IMG/VR virus record: IMGVR_UViG_3300037808_001962
Coordinates: 5,257-69,256 of that record
Direction: 5' to 3' (one strand)
Length of the DNA stretch: 64,000 nt
DNA from: a virus
Positions 28,532-37,514 of this stretch are shown piece by piece; within the stretch, counting starts at the first letter, position 1; each line of letters opens with the position of its first letter. Under the pieces are notes generated by a model, which ran no database searches, was not told the DNA's origin, and was given only the letters and a program-made list of their open reading frames with translations. Both the position numbers and the translations under genes were made by a program.

Positions 28532-30643
28532 TTATGTTTGAATAACGGTTGATTGGCCGTCGGTTTTGGTTATCCTAATAACACTAGAGAATCTGCTCTT
28601 TAGATCACTATTGTGTGTTATTAATAGTTTAAGTCCAGTAATATCATTTAGGAGATTGAAAAATTCGTTAATCCCGGTTTCATCTAATGAATCAATTATT
28701 TCATCCATTAAAAGAAAATTAAAATTAGAATAGCCCTTATTTAAAGTTAATTCTCTTAAAGCAAAGCCCACACAAATTCCGATCCTTTTACTCTCTCCCC
28801 CCGAATAAGTTTCTAAATCTCTTTTTTGGTTAAATTCATCAATTATAGAAAGATCAAATTCCTCTTTAAATTCTCCTTTTTTAGATTTTTTCTCTTTTAA
28901 TGTATCAAACCTAACCCTCATACCCACTTCCATCTTATTAAGATAGGAATTGGTTTGTTCTTCAAAAGAGGGTAAAAAGGATTCAATCATCCAACGCCTA
29001 ATAAAGGGGAAACCTTCAACCCAGAATTGATAATCAGCAAATTGTGCTAATAATTCATTTTCTTTTAATTTTAATTTATCTAAAGCTTCTATATCCTTAT
29101 TAAAAACTTCAATTCGGGTTTGATTTCTAGCAATAGTATCTCTTAAGTTTTCAAGGGCTTTTTCATTAACCTCAATAGTAGTTACTAAATCATTATAAAG
29201 ACTTAAATCACTGTGGGGGAATTTTTTAATTTGTAGCTCTAAAGCTAGTTTCTTTTTACTTAGAGTTTTTATATATTCAGTAGCAGAAGAGCATTTAATC
29301 TTTTTTTCTTTTTCTAAAAGAGTTAATTTTTCAGGTATTTCATTTAAACCAGCTAATTCCTTATAAAGATATTTAACCTTGACCTCTAGATCTCTATGGG
29401 CTTGAATTCTATCCTCTAGTTTCTTTAATTGTACTTGCTCTTTTTTAAAGATATCTGAAGCTTGGCTTAATTGAGTAGAAAGGTCATTCTCTTGTTTTTT
29501 AAGAACCTTTTTATCCATTGAAGTTAATTCACCATTTCTAAACATTAAAGGGGCCTCACAATCGGGACAATTTAAAGAATTAACTAGTTGTGCTTGAGTA
29601 TTTTTAATACTTTGTTCCAATTGAGTAATCTTACTTTGAGATTCAAACAAGAATTGCTCTAATTTGTTGATTTTTGGGGGTAAATCGAGCACGTTTTTTG
29701 AAACTAGTATTTGTTCTTGATTTTCAATATTTTGCTTAATCTCGTCTCGTTTTGAAAGCTTTTCTTTAAAGTCTTTTTCTTGTTCTTGAAACATAATAGT
29801 AATAGTTTCTAAATCAAGTTGAGATCTTGTAATCATAGAGTTTATATCTATTAATTGTTCATGAATTACCTTTACCTTAGAAATAGCCTCTACTTCTCTT
29901 TTTAATTCTTTGTTATCATGCTGATAGGTTTTTATTTGAACTTTTGAATCATTGATTTCACTCTTTAATATCTGGATATCTTCTTCTGCATCCAATTTAT
30001 TTTGTAAAAACTCTAATTGACCTGTTACGGTATTTAGTTTACTTTTAATATTATTAGAATAGACTTTGGCCTTAGAAGTACACTTATCTAATAGCTCTAG
30101 ATTTAAAAACCTTCCAATAAGGTCCATCCTATCCCTAGAGGTGCTCTTTTTACCTGCAAAAGCTTTTACAGCATCAATGCTAAAGTAAGTTGTATTTAAA
30201 AAATCATTATAATACTCGGTATTATTCTCTAAAATACCAAAATAATTAAGCAAATTCTTCTGGGTAGACTTCATGGTACGTTCGGTTTGGGGCTCTTTAT
30301 CTATAAACCATTGTAACTCATGTTTACCCTCAACCCCCCTTTTTCTTATAATAACTATTTCCTTATTATCCGAATCAAGTAAATGTATACGGACTTCGCA
30401 AGCTCCCATACCCCGACGAACAATATCACCACTACTGATATCAGAAGGAGTACGGCCAAAAATAGCCCATGAAATAGCATTGAGTAAAGTGGTTTTTCCT
30501 GCTCCGTTTGAGTCTGCACCTGCTGCATCATTATTTTCTCCTATTACTAGTACTTTATCATTAGTAGAGTATTGAGTAAAATCAATCTTTACGTCCTCCC
30601 CAAATACTCCAAAATTATTAACCCATATTTTTTCTATAATCAT
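28532..30643 (-). CDS. sbcC: SbcC/Rad50-like (T4 gp46-like) ATPase
   Basis: Walker A NGAGKTT, coiled coil with CPDC zinc hook, signature YSGGE, Walker B LLMDE, ITH. Confidence 0.93.
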   Translation of the reverse strand: MIIEKIWVNNFGVFGEDVKIDFTQYSTNDKVLVIGENNDAAGADSNGAGKTTLLNAISWAIFGRTPSDISSGDIVRRGMGACEVRIHLLDSDNKEIVIIRKRGVEGKHELQWFIDKEPQTERTMKSTQKNLLNYFGILENNTEYYNDFLNTTYFSIDAVKAFAGKKSTSRDRMDLIGRFLNLELLDKCTSKAKVYSNNIKSKLNTVTGQLEFLQNKLDAEEDIQILKSEINDSKVQIKTYQHDNKELKREVEAISKVKVIHEQLIDINSMITRSQLDLETITIMFQEQEKDFKEKLSKRDEIKQNIENQEQILVSKNVLDLPPKINKLEQFLFESQSKITQLEQSIKNTQAQLVNSLNCPDCEAPLMFRNGELTSMDKKVLKKQENDLSTQLSQASDIFKKEQVQLKKLEDRIQAHRDLEVKVKYLYKELAGLNEIPEKLTLLEKEKKIKCSSATEYIKTLSKKKLALELQIKKFPHSDLSLYNDLVTTIEVNEKALENLRDTIARNQTRIEVFNKDIEALDKLKLKENELLAQFADYQFWVEGFPFIRRWMIESFLPSFEEQTNSYLNKMEVGMRVRFDTLKEKKSKKGEFKEEFDLSIIDEFNQKRDLETYSGGESKRIGICVGFALRELTLNKGYSNFNFLLMDEIIDSLDETGINEFFNLLNDITGLKLLITHNSDLKSRFSSVIRITKTDGQSTVIQT

Positions 30644-30987
30644 TTAACTCCTCCAATGTTTTTTCTTTGTATATCTGAATGATTTAATTCTGTCCAATAC
30701 ATTTCATAACAAATAGTATCTTCTAAAGCCTCAAAAAAATGATTTAAGTCTGGCTTAACTATAGTTAAGTCACCCTCTAATAAAATAGTATCATCTCTAA
30801 GGTCATAATCTTTTTGATAGACAGATACTCTTAGTACCCCCTGTTCAATAAAAAAAGCATTGAATTTATACTTATGGCTATGGGTGGAACAAAAACCCCC
30901 CTTTTTAACCTCTATACGGTGAACCTCGAAATTGGGCTTTTGGAGTATAGATCTAGTAGTTCCCCAAACTTTACCCTGTAATTGCAT
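30640..30987 (-). CDS. Cupin (sugar isomerase-like)
   Basis: KVWG, CSTHSH, FFIEQG, HFFEALED cupin motifs. Confidence 0.75.
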   Translation of the reverse strand: MQLQGKVWGTTRSILQKPNFEVHRIEVKKGGFCSTHSHKYKFNAFFIEQGVLRVSVYQKDYDLRDDTILLEGDLTIVKPDLNHFFEALEDTICYEMYWTELNHSDIQRKNIGGVK

Positions 30988-31762
30988 TATATAATTCCTT
31001 TAGTGAAACTAATAAGTCTTTAAATTGATTCAAGGGAAATTGAATAGCACTATCTGATTTAGCTTTAGCGGGATCATCATGGACTTCAAAGAATAATCCA
31101 TTACATCCTGCAGCAATAGCGGCTTTAGCTAAAATGCCGGTAAATTCCGGAGTACCCCCGGATGTAGTTTTATTACCGCCAGGTAATTGAACTGAATGTG
31201 TAGCATCAAAAATAACGGGATAGCCATACTTTTGCATTATTGGTATAGACCTCATATCTACTACTAAATTATTATATCCAAATTGAAACCCTCTTTCAGT
31301 AAGCCAAAGCTTATTACACCCCTTAGCTTCCATCTTTTTAACTACATTCTTCATATCATAAGGAGATAGAAAAGACCCTTTTTTAATATTTACTATAAGT
31401 GAAGTTTCAGCTGCAGCCTCTAATAAAGAGGTTTGTCTAGATAAAAAAGCAGGTATTTGAATAATATCCACTATACCCTCTGCTAATTTAGCCTGATAGG
31501 TCTCATGTATATCTGTCAAAACGGATAAGGTAAGGGTTTCTCTAATTTCGTGTAAAATATTTAAACCCCTCATAGGCCCTAATCCTCTAAAAGACTCACT
31601 AGAGGTTCTATTATCTTTAGAAAAGGAAGACTTAAAAATAAGGGGTAAACCCACTTCTTCCGCTATCTCTTTTAAAGCAGTAGCCATTTTAATTGGATGG
31701 TTCATGTCTTCCATAACACAAGGGCCAGCTATAATAAATAGAGAGGATAAATCAGGGATCAT
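30971..31762 (-). CDS. kdsA: KDO 8-phosphate synthase
   Basis: IAGPCVME, NRTS, TDIHE, QIPAFLSRQT, KKG, ERG, GYNNLVVD, DATHSVQLPG, EVH, SD. Confidence 0.95.
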   Translation of the reverse strand: MIPDLSSLFIIAGPCVMEDMNHPIKMATALKEIAEEVGLPLIFKSSFSKDNRTSSESFRGLGPMRGLNILHEIRETLTLSVLTDIHETYQAKLAEGIVDIIQIPAFLSRQTSLLEAAAETSLIVNIKKGSFLSPYDMKNVVKKMEAKGCNKLWLTERGFQFGYNNLVVDMRSIPIMQKYGYPVIFDATHSVQLPGGNKTTSGGTPEFTGILAKAAIAAGCNGLFFEVHDDPAKAKSDSAIQFPLNQFKDLLVSLKELYNAITG

Positions 31763-32829
31763 AATACTTCTGCTAAAATACTTTTACCTAAATCTAACAT
31801 ATCCGGCCTTTTATACTTTTTACAATAAACCTCAATACCATCATTCCAAGTAGTAGAAGCATCAATTTCTGGTACTCGTATCCTTGACTCATATTGAGTC
31901 TTATGTTCAATAAATAACTTATGTGCTTCCCCTGTCTTTAGAATTTTACTCCTAATCTCCCCTAAATTAAATCGTAAATACCAATCTTCCTCTCCTACAA
32001 AGATTAGTTTAATCACTTGGCCTTTTAAATTCTCCCAGTTTTGCAAAGCATCAAAGTCGGGATCTTCATTCTCATAAACGGTATATTGGAAAAATATACG
32101 GTCTTTTACATCAATAAATTGATGGCTTAGTGTCTTATCCGTAGCCTCTATAAAGATAAAGCCTTTTTTATCATTACGTTCACCATAATCTGCTTTAGCA
32201 ATGCTACCCACATACATCCATTTTTTAGTAGTTTGAGGTTTATGATAGTGTCCTAAAAAACTAAAACGATGATGATTAAATAATTTGGGAGAAATTCCCG
32301 CGCTCATTATATATTCAGTACCAGAGACTAGAGCCCCATCTACTCCGAAATGTCCAAAAACAATTTGATCTTTATGGCTTCTTAATTGTTCTGCTACTTC
32401 TGCATCCGGTAAAAAGGGTATAAATAAACAATCTACTCCTTTTAGCTTTAATTGTTTAGGCTTTGGAATAATGGTTATAGCATCGGTTTCAAGAGTATTT
32501 AACAAATCATATTCAGTCATAAAGGAATAAACCTTATAGTCTGTATCATGATTACCTATTAAAATAATAATGGGTATTTTAGCCTTAATTAGGGGAGCTA
32601 GGGTTTGAATAAATTTCTGCCTTAGAATTTCGGCAGGATTTATTTTATCAAATACATCTCCAAGACAGATCCAATAATCAGCCTTTTTATCAATAGCAAA
32701 TTTTATTGATTTAGCTAAATGATCTAAACGGTCCTGTAGTCTAGAATTTATACCGGTAGGTAGAATCTTGCTGTATTTGTCCGTTGTCCTTAAATGGATA
32801 TCCGAAGTAATCACTGCTTTCAAACTCAT
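31759..32829 (-). CDS. sbcD: SbcD/Mre11-like (T4 gp47-like) nuclease
   Basis: SDIH, GDVFD, GNHD, GHF, GHYH, YVGS motifs. Confidence 0.92.
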   Translation of the reverse strand: MSLKAVITSDIHLRTTDKYSKILPTGINSRLQDRLDHLAKSIKFAIDKKADYWICLGDVFDKINPAEILRQKFIQTLAPLIKAKIPIIILIGNHDTDYKVYSFMTEYDLLNTLETDAITIIPKPKQLKLKGVDCLFIPFLPDAEVAEQLRSHKDQIVFGHFGVDGALVSGTEYIMSAGISPKLFNHHRFSFLGHYHKPQTTKKWMYVGSIAKADYGERNDKKGFIFIEATDKTLSHQFIDVKDRIFFQYTVYENEDPDFDALQNWENLKGQVIKLIFVGEEDWYLRFNLGEIRSKILKTGEAHKLFIEHKTQYESRIRVPEIDASTTWNDGIEVYCKKYKRPDMLDLGKSILAEVL

Positions 32830-33067
32830 CTATACTCCTAATTGAATTTAATAGTTCTGGGTTATTTGTTTCTATATCAATAGCATCTAAATCTTTATAG
32901 CCTTGGATAGAGAGGTAACTACTCTCTAGGTCATAAATAATATATTCAGGAAAATGTTCTGCGGTATTATCTAGATAACCAAAAAGTATACTACTACCCT
33001 CAGAGGTAGTGACTGTAATAACATCTTGACTATATAATATACTGCAGAATAAAAGTAATCGGGTCAT
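32741..33067 (-). CDS. Hypothetical protein with putative signal peptide
   Basis: MTRLLLFCSILYS|QD; ATGA-coupled to the upstream GT; overlaps the sbcD start by 89 nt. Confidence 0.45.
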   Translation of the reverse strand: MTRLLLFCSILYSQDVITVTTSEGSSILFGYLDNTAEHFPEYIIYDLESSYLSIQGYKDLDAIDIETNNPELLNSIRSIDEFESSDYFGYPFKDNGQIQQDSTYRYKF

Positions 33068-34044
33068 TTTTTTACTCGCTCTATATGGTGCATGGGGTGT
33101 TCAAAAGTTTCTAACAAAAGCTTCTGTAGAGCAGGGCGATCAAACCAAGAATAAATATGTGTCCCTATATGTCCTAATAGTATATTCATATTCAAACAAG
33201 GCTTATGTCCTGCTAATTTTGCCCTATAAGCAAAAGCATAATCTTCTGACCTATAGAAATTGAATTTCTCGACCCCAGTAGGGGTAACTCTTTCTTCTTT
33301 AGTAATAGAGGGATTATAGAAAGCAAAAGTAGATTTCCCCGGAATATTATTAGGAACATCATATTCCAGCTCAGGACAAGTTTTCTTTATATCCTCATAA
33401 ACACTTCGATGGACTAAAAGAAAACCGGTAGCTAATTTATCTGTTTCAATATAATTATCAGGACGTAGTTTAAATTCAATATCAAAGCCCCCCTCTTTAT
33501 TAGTAGGAAGAATACTTGAGGCTTCATTAAAATTATGGGCTCCTCCTCTCCAGAAATAAAACCCCCCAACAATAGTTTTCCCATCTCGAATCCCGCTGCG
33601 AAGCATTTCATCAATAGCATTAATAGAAAGGGCTGCTCTAAATACTCCTTCATTTAAGAAAAGATCAAATAATTCCTTGTCCATCCAATTGCCATAGAAG
33701 GCCGCTAGCTCAGGACCTACCCCATGAGGAAAAATAATATCATTATCTAATTGCAATTGCCATTCCGCTCCACTCTCTAAAAAGGATGCAGCCATTTTAT
33801 CTCTTGCTCGGGGAACTAAACTATCACTACCTAAAAAATTAAATTCAGGAACAAGTTTATCCCTAAAAGCAGAAGACATAATAGCCATCCTCAAGCCGGA
33901 ATCCTGGAGTATATTAATTGAGTTACTATAGGTAGGCATAGAAATATGTAATTTAACGGGCTCTTTTACCTCATTATAGGGGTCCCACCAAGGGAAATCT
34001 ACCATTTCACCTTTTATTGATTCTATTTTTTCTTTATTAGTCAT
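33064..34044 (-). CDS. GT-A glycosyltransferase (phage GT2-like)
   Basis: ISMPTY, SLVPRARD, LQLDNDI, ATGFLLVHR, SEDYAF, LGHIG. Confidence 0.8.
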   Translation of the reverse strand: MTNKEKIESIKGEMVDFPWWDPYNEVKEPVKLHISMPTYSNSINILQDSGLRMAIMSSAFRDKLVPEFNFLGSDSLVPRARDKMAASFLESGAEWQLQLDNDIIFPHGVGPELAAFYGNWMDKELFDLFLNEGVFRAALSINAIDEMLRSGIRDGKTIVGGFYFWRGGAHNFNEASSILPTNKEGGFDIEFKLRPDNYIETDKLATGFLLVHRSVYEDIKKTCPELEYDVPNNIPGKSTFAFYNPSITKEERVTPTGVEKFNFYRSEDYAFAYRAKLAGHKPCLNMNILLGHIGTHIYSWFDRPALQKLLLETFEHPMHHIERVKK

Positions 34045-34271
34045 TAATCCATCTCTAATACATTAAGAGTATTAACCAGGTTACTCTTGATTAAGTCTAC
34101 TAAGATCTTTACTTCTGCCTCTGAGGGGCTTTTATCCTTAGAAACTTTAATTAATTCAACATACCCATCAACGGTAGCCCTAATAGCAGTAACTTGAGGC
34201 TTGGTTAAACTATAGCTATTAAAGGCTTCATCTATTAAGCCTTCTTTATCTAATCTATTCAATGTCATCAT
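34044..34271 (-). CDS. Hypothetical protein
   Basis: 75 aa, overlaps both neighbours. Confidence 0.55.
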   Translation of the reverse strand: MMTLNRLDKEGLIDEAFNSYSLTKPQVTAIRATVDGYVELIKVSKDKSPSEAEVKILVDLIKSNLVNTLNVLEMD

Positions 34272-35172
34272 CTTTTTCGCTTGTATTTAATTGTTCTATA
34301 GCCCCGGTTCTAAATAGTTTTAAATCCAAAACATTAAGGGGGGGAGCTAATTTATTTTTTGGGGCTTTAATCCTAATTACTTTCCATAGGGACTGATCAT
34401 CAGGACCTTTTTGGCGAGATTTTTTCATATAGCTCATTCCCAGCCTAATAGAAGAAGCAAAATTAATAGCATCACCTCCAGGGGTATAAGTCCTTTCTCC
34501 GAACATTACTCCAATTTTATCCTTTGCATGATTAATAAAGACTAGACTAGTCTTCTTTTCATATATCTTATGAACTTTAGATCCTTTCTCATCTTCAATA
34601 AATTTAGCCCCTTTAGCTTGAGGCTTAACTTGAAATCCTCCCATAAGGTCATTAAAGAAAATAGTAAACATTTTAGCTCTTTCTAAACGTTGATTCATTT
34701 TTAAAGAAACTGCTTCAGTTTGTTCACTCATCATTCTAGGTTGTAAAGCCGGCATAGAATCCACAACAATAATATCACAAGTATTTGAAGCAATTAATAA
34801 CTTGAGTTTATAAAGAGCATCTTCTCCTAGATTAAAGTCGGGTAGAATAAGTCTTTTATTATCAATACCGCAAGCTTTTCCATAGCCTCTTAGATAGGCA
34901 CCTTCAGCATCAAATAAAGCCCCGATACCCCCCTGTTTTTGAACTTGACCGATTAACCAATAAGCAAAAGTAGATTTTCCTACGGAAGGTTTAGCATATA
35001 GCTCTATAATTCGACCCCGAGGGATACCCCCACACCCTAGAACTCCTTCATTGAAGTCTTCTAGTTCTGTGGGGATAACTTCTAGTTTCCTACGAGCAGA
35101 GGCTAAAACCCCTGCTCCTCCTAGTAAATCTAAAGCAATCTCAATCGAATCTTTAGTTTTATCTTTTACCAT
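34255..35172 (-). CDS. recA: RecA-like recombinase
   Basis: LGCGGIPRGRIIELY, Walker A variant KPSVGKST, DAEG, VVDSM, FINH, GVMFG, TPGG, KNKLAPP. Confidence 0.92.
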   Translation of the reverse strand: MVKDKTKDSIEIALDLLGGAGVLASARRKLEVIPTELEDFNEGVLGCGGIPRGRIIELYAKPSVGKSTFAYWLIGQVQKQGGIGALFDAEGAYLRGYGKACGIDNKRLILPDFNLGEDALYKLKLLIASNTCDIIVVDSMPALQPRMMSEQTEAVSLKMNQRLERAKMFTIFFNDLMGGFQVKPQAKGAKFIEDEKGSKVHKIYEKKTSLVFINHAKDKIGVMFGERTYTPGGDAINFASSIRLGMSYMKKSRQKGPDDQSLWKVIRIKAPKNKLAPPLNVLDLKLFRTGAIEQLNTSEKDDDIE

Positions 35173-36188
35173 TCGGGAAATTCCTCATCTGAAGCCTCAT
35201 CAGTCTTATCCGCTTCTTTTGTCGGTTCTTCTTCAGTTGAAGTTTCTTCCTCTTCAACTACAGTGGCTCCTTCAACTTCCATATCATCCCCAAAAGTAGC
35301 CTCAGTTTCCTCTTCTTTTACGGGGGCTAATTTTTTAGCGGTTGGTCTTTCAGAGTCACCCTCTAAGTAGTCCAAGCCCAATTTATCTAATTGTTCTTGA
35401 AACTGCTCAATTGATGGAAAACGATAACTCCCATTTGGATTAGTTGCCCCTAGATAAATGGGGAATTCCGCTAACTTCTGCTTCATTTCTTCAGCAGTAT
35501 CAGGGACCCCCTGTTCTTCAAGGTCAATCTTAGACTCCTCAATGGCAATATATTCTTCATCAGTAAAGAACTTCTTTAGATCTAGTTTTTCCCCTAAATC
35601 TGCAGCGGTCATTCCTACGTATGAAACAGGAACCTTACTAGACCATTCATTTCCGGGATCAACTTGAACACTATAACTAGTACCAAATTGTCGACTTTTT
35701 GATGGATCAACTGATTTAGTAATAATAGCATCCCACATAAAGATTAAACCTTGTCTTAATTTACCTTTATCTTTAGTAGCAGTAGCTGATTCTAATTCTA
35801 CCAGTTCTTTATAAACAGTGTAGGGGTATTCAGCTACTTCAACTTTAGGATAGTTTTCGCTTTCCTTGTCAATTATCAAATAAAGCCATTTGGTTGATGG
35901 GTCTAAGGAGGATTTAGTAAATTTTTCTCCTCGTGATGACCGTATCCTTTTTTCTAAACTAGCTAAAACATCCAAAGGGCCTCCTTCTTTAGGTCTACGA
36001 ATAACTTTCATTCTTTGGACCATTGAGCCTGTTTCTTTATCTTCAACTAAAGTGGGATAATAGACCAGGGACTGTCTTACGGGCCCAAAAAGGACCCTAT
36101 GTATATTATCTCCTTCTTGAATTCTAACCCTATTTAATCCTCCGCCATCTGTGGAATTCTTTAAATAGGCCGGTTGTCCTAATTGCAT
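35166..36188 (-). CDS. Single-stranded DNA-binding protein (gp32-like)
   Basis: Next to recA; WDAIITK...GTSYSV; very acidic tail ending DEEFPEW. Confidence 0.7.
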   Translation of the reverse strand: MQLGQPAYLKNSTDGGGLNRVRIQEGDNIHRVLFGPVRQSLVYYPTLVEDKETGSMVQRMKVIRRPKEGGPLDVLASLEKRIRSSRGEKFTKSSLDPSTKWLYLIIDKESENYPKVEVAEYPYTVYKELVELESATATKDKGKLRQGLIFMWDAIITKSVDPSKSRQFGTSYSVQVDPGNEWSSKVPVSYVGMTAADLGEKLDLKKFFTDEEYIAIEESKIDLEEQGVPDTAEEMKQKLAEFPIYLGATNPNGSYRFPSIEQFQEQLDKLGLDYLEGDSERPTAKKLAPVKEEETEATFGDDMEVEGATVVEEEETSTEEEPTKEADKTDEASDEEFPEW

Positions 36189-36190
36189 AT

Positions 36191-36382
36191 TTACTCCTTA
36201 TTTTTGATAACTTCAAGAGCAGAAATTCTAGCTTCTTTACAAGCTTTAACTATTACTTGAAGTTCTTTACGAACTCGACGAGCAGCCTTAGCTACCCCTT
36301 TGTCAACCTTTTCCATATCTAAATTAATAGACTCTAAGGCTTTCTCAATAGCAACTATGCTATTTCTTACTGGGTTTTGCAT
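36191..36382 (-). CDS. Hc1/histone H1-like protein
   Basis: DMEKVDKGVAKAARRVRKELQVIVKACKEARI matches the Hc1 N-terminal domain pattern. Confidence 0.75.
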   Translation of the reverse strand: MQNPVRNSIVAIEKALESINLDMEKVDKGVAKAARRVRKELQVIVKACKEARISALEVIKNKE

Positions 36383-36677
36383 CTTTGTTCTCCTTTTTTT
36401 TGGTTTTTAATACAAAAGTTGGAAATTGTTCTTTACCTAGAACAAGATCTTGGGCAAATTCAAAAAGGTCTTCTGTTTTATGCCTTTTTGAAGAGCTATA
36501 TAATTGATTATATAAGTGCATATTCCAGATTCTTTTAACCTCCCTGTACTTTTCTTTGTAAAAATCATCTATACTAATTGTTCCTTGAGGAACCTCATAT
36601 TCAATAGATATGCTAGGCTTAATTACCTCATAAGGAGCAACCCTTATTGATTCATTAATAGTTATAGTAATTTTCAT
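36360..36677 (-). CDS. Hypothetical protein
   Basis: 105 aa, coupled to neighbours. Confidence 0.6.
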   Translation of the reverse strand: MKITITINESIRVAPYEVIKPSISIEYEVPQGTISIDDFYKEKYREVKRIWNMHLYNQLYSSSKRHKTEDLFEFAQDLVLGKEQFPTFVLKTKKKENKDAKPSKK

Positions 36678-36943
36678 CGATACCTATGTACTCCGGTTTG
36701 TAAAGATATGGTTATAGACTTTCCTTTACGGAAAACCCCTTTAGCCTCACTTAAGACTTTAATTAGAGAGCTACCTACTCCGTGTTCTATCACTATCCCA
36801 ATAAGCTCGATAGAGGGGCAAATAAATCTATTGCCGGGTTCAATATCACGTAAAAGTAATTCTTTTTTTCCTGTATGAGACATATTATTCCAAGTTTTAA
36901 ATTGTTCAATTAACCGTTTACTGCCCACGATCCTGTACTCCAA
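36674..36943 (-). CDS. Hypothetical protein (SH3/KOW-like beta pattern)
   Basis: 89 aa, coupled to neighbours. Confidence 0.5.
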   Translation of the reverse strand: MEYRIVGSKRLIEQFKTWNNMSHTGKKELLLRDIEPGNRFICPSIELIGIVIEHGVGSSLIKVLSEAKGVFRKGKSITISLQTGVHRYR

Positions 36944-37514
36944 AGGAGAATTTTCTATTTTCTAGCCTTCTTTTACCTAAAGATTGTAAATGTCCCCCTC
37001 TATCCTGTAATATATCTCTTAGACCGAATAATAACTTCTTTTGCTTGGTCATAGCTTCAAGTCTATCCTGATAATCATTAAATTCTTTAGCATGTTCGGG
37101 GGTTATTAATATTTTATTCTCAATCTCCTGTTTAGTAATTGAACCGAACCAACTATTTGGGACATTATCTTCTTCTCGAATAGTTTTTCTTTCATGCATA
37201 ATAGTTCGTCTAACCTCTTCAGTTAGGTTCCCATACCATGTGGTAAACTCTCTATTAACTTTTGCCATTTTTGATTCTATTTCAGCCCCTGCAGCTAAAA
37301 AGGTAAATCTATAATATGAGCATTGATCTAAAGCCGTATCTAAAGCCTCATCAGTTAAATCGTCTAAACTTTCAACTTCAAAAGCTAATAATCCATCAAC
37401 CGCTTTTTTAAAAACCTTACCATTGATTTCAAATTGTATCTTAAAAAAACGGGGATCAATAAACTCCTCTTTATCATAAGAAAGCTTCTTTTTATTTGTT
37501 TGTCCTAGTTTCAT
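36918..37514 (-). CDS. Helical protein, possible UvsY-like recombination mediator
   Basis: ITKQEIENKI...YQDRLEAM...LRDILQDRG pattern; near recA and SSB. Confidence 0.5.
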   Translation of the reverse strand: MKLGQTNKKKLSYDKEEFIDPRFFKIQFEINGKVFKKAVDGLLAFEVESLDDLTDEALDTALDQCSYYRFTFLAAGAEIESKMAKVNREFTTWYGNLTEEVRRTIMHERKTIREEDNVPNSWFGSITKQEIENKILITPEHAKEFNDYQDRLEAMTKQKKLLFGLRDILQDRGGHLQSLGKRRLENRKFSFGVQDRGQ

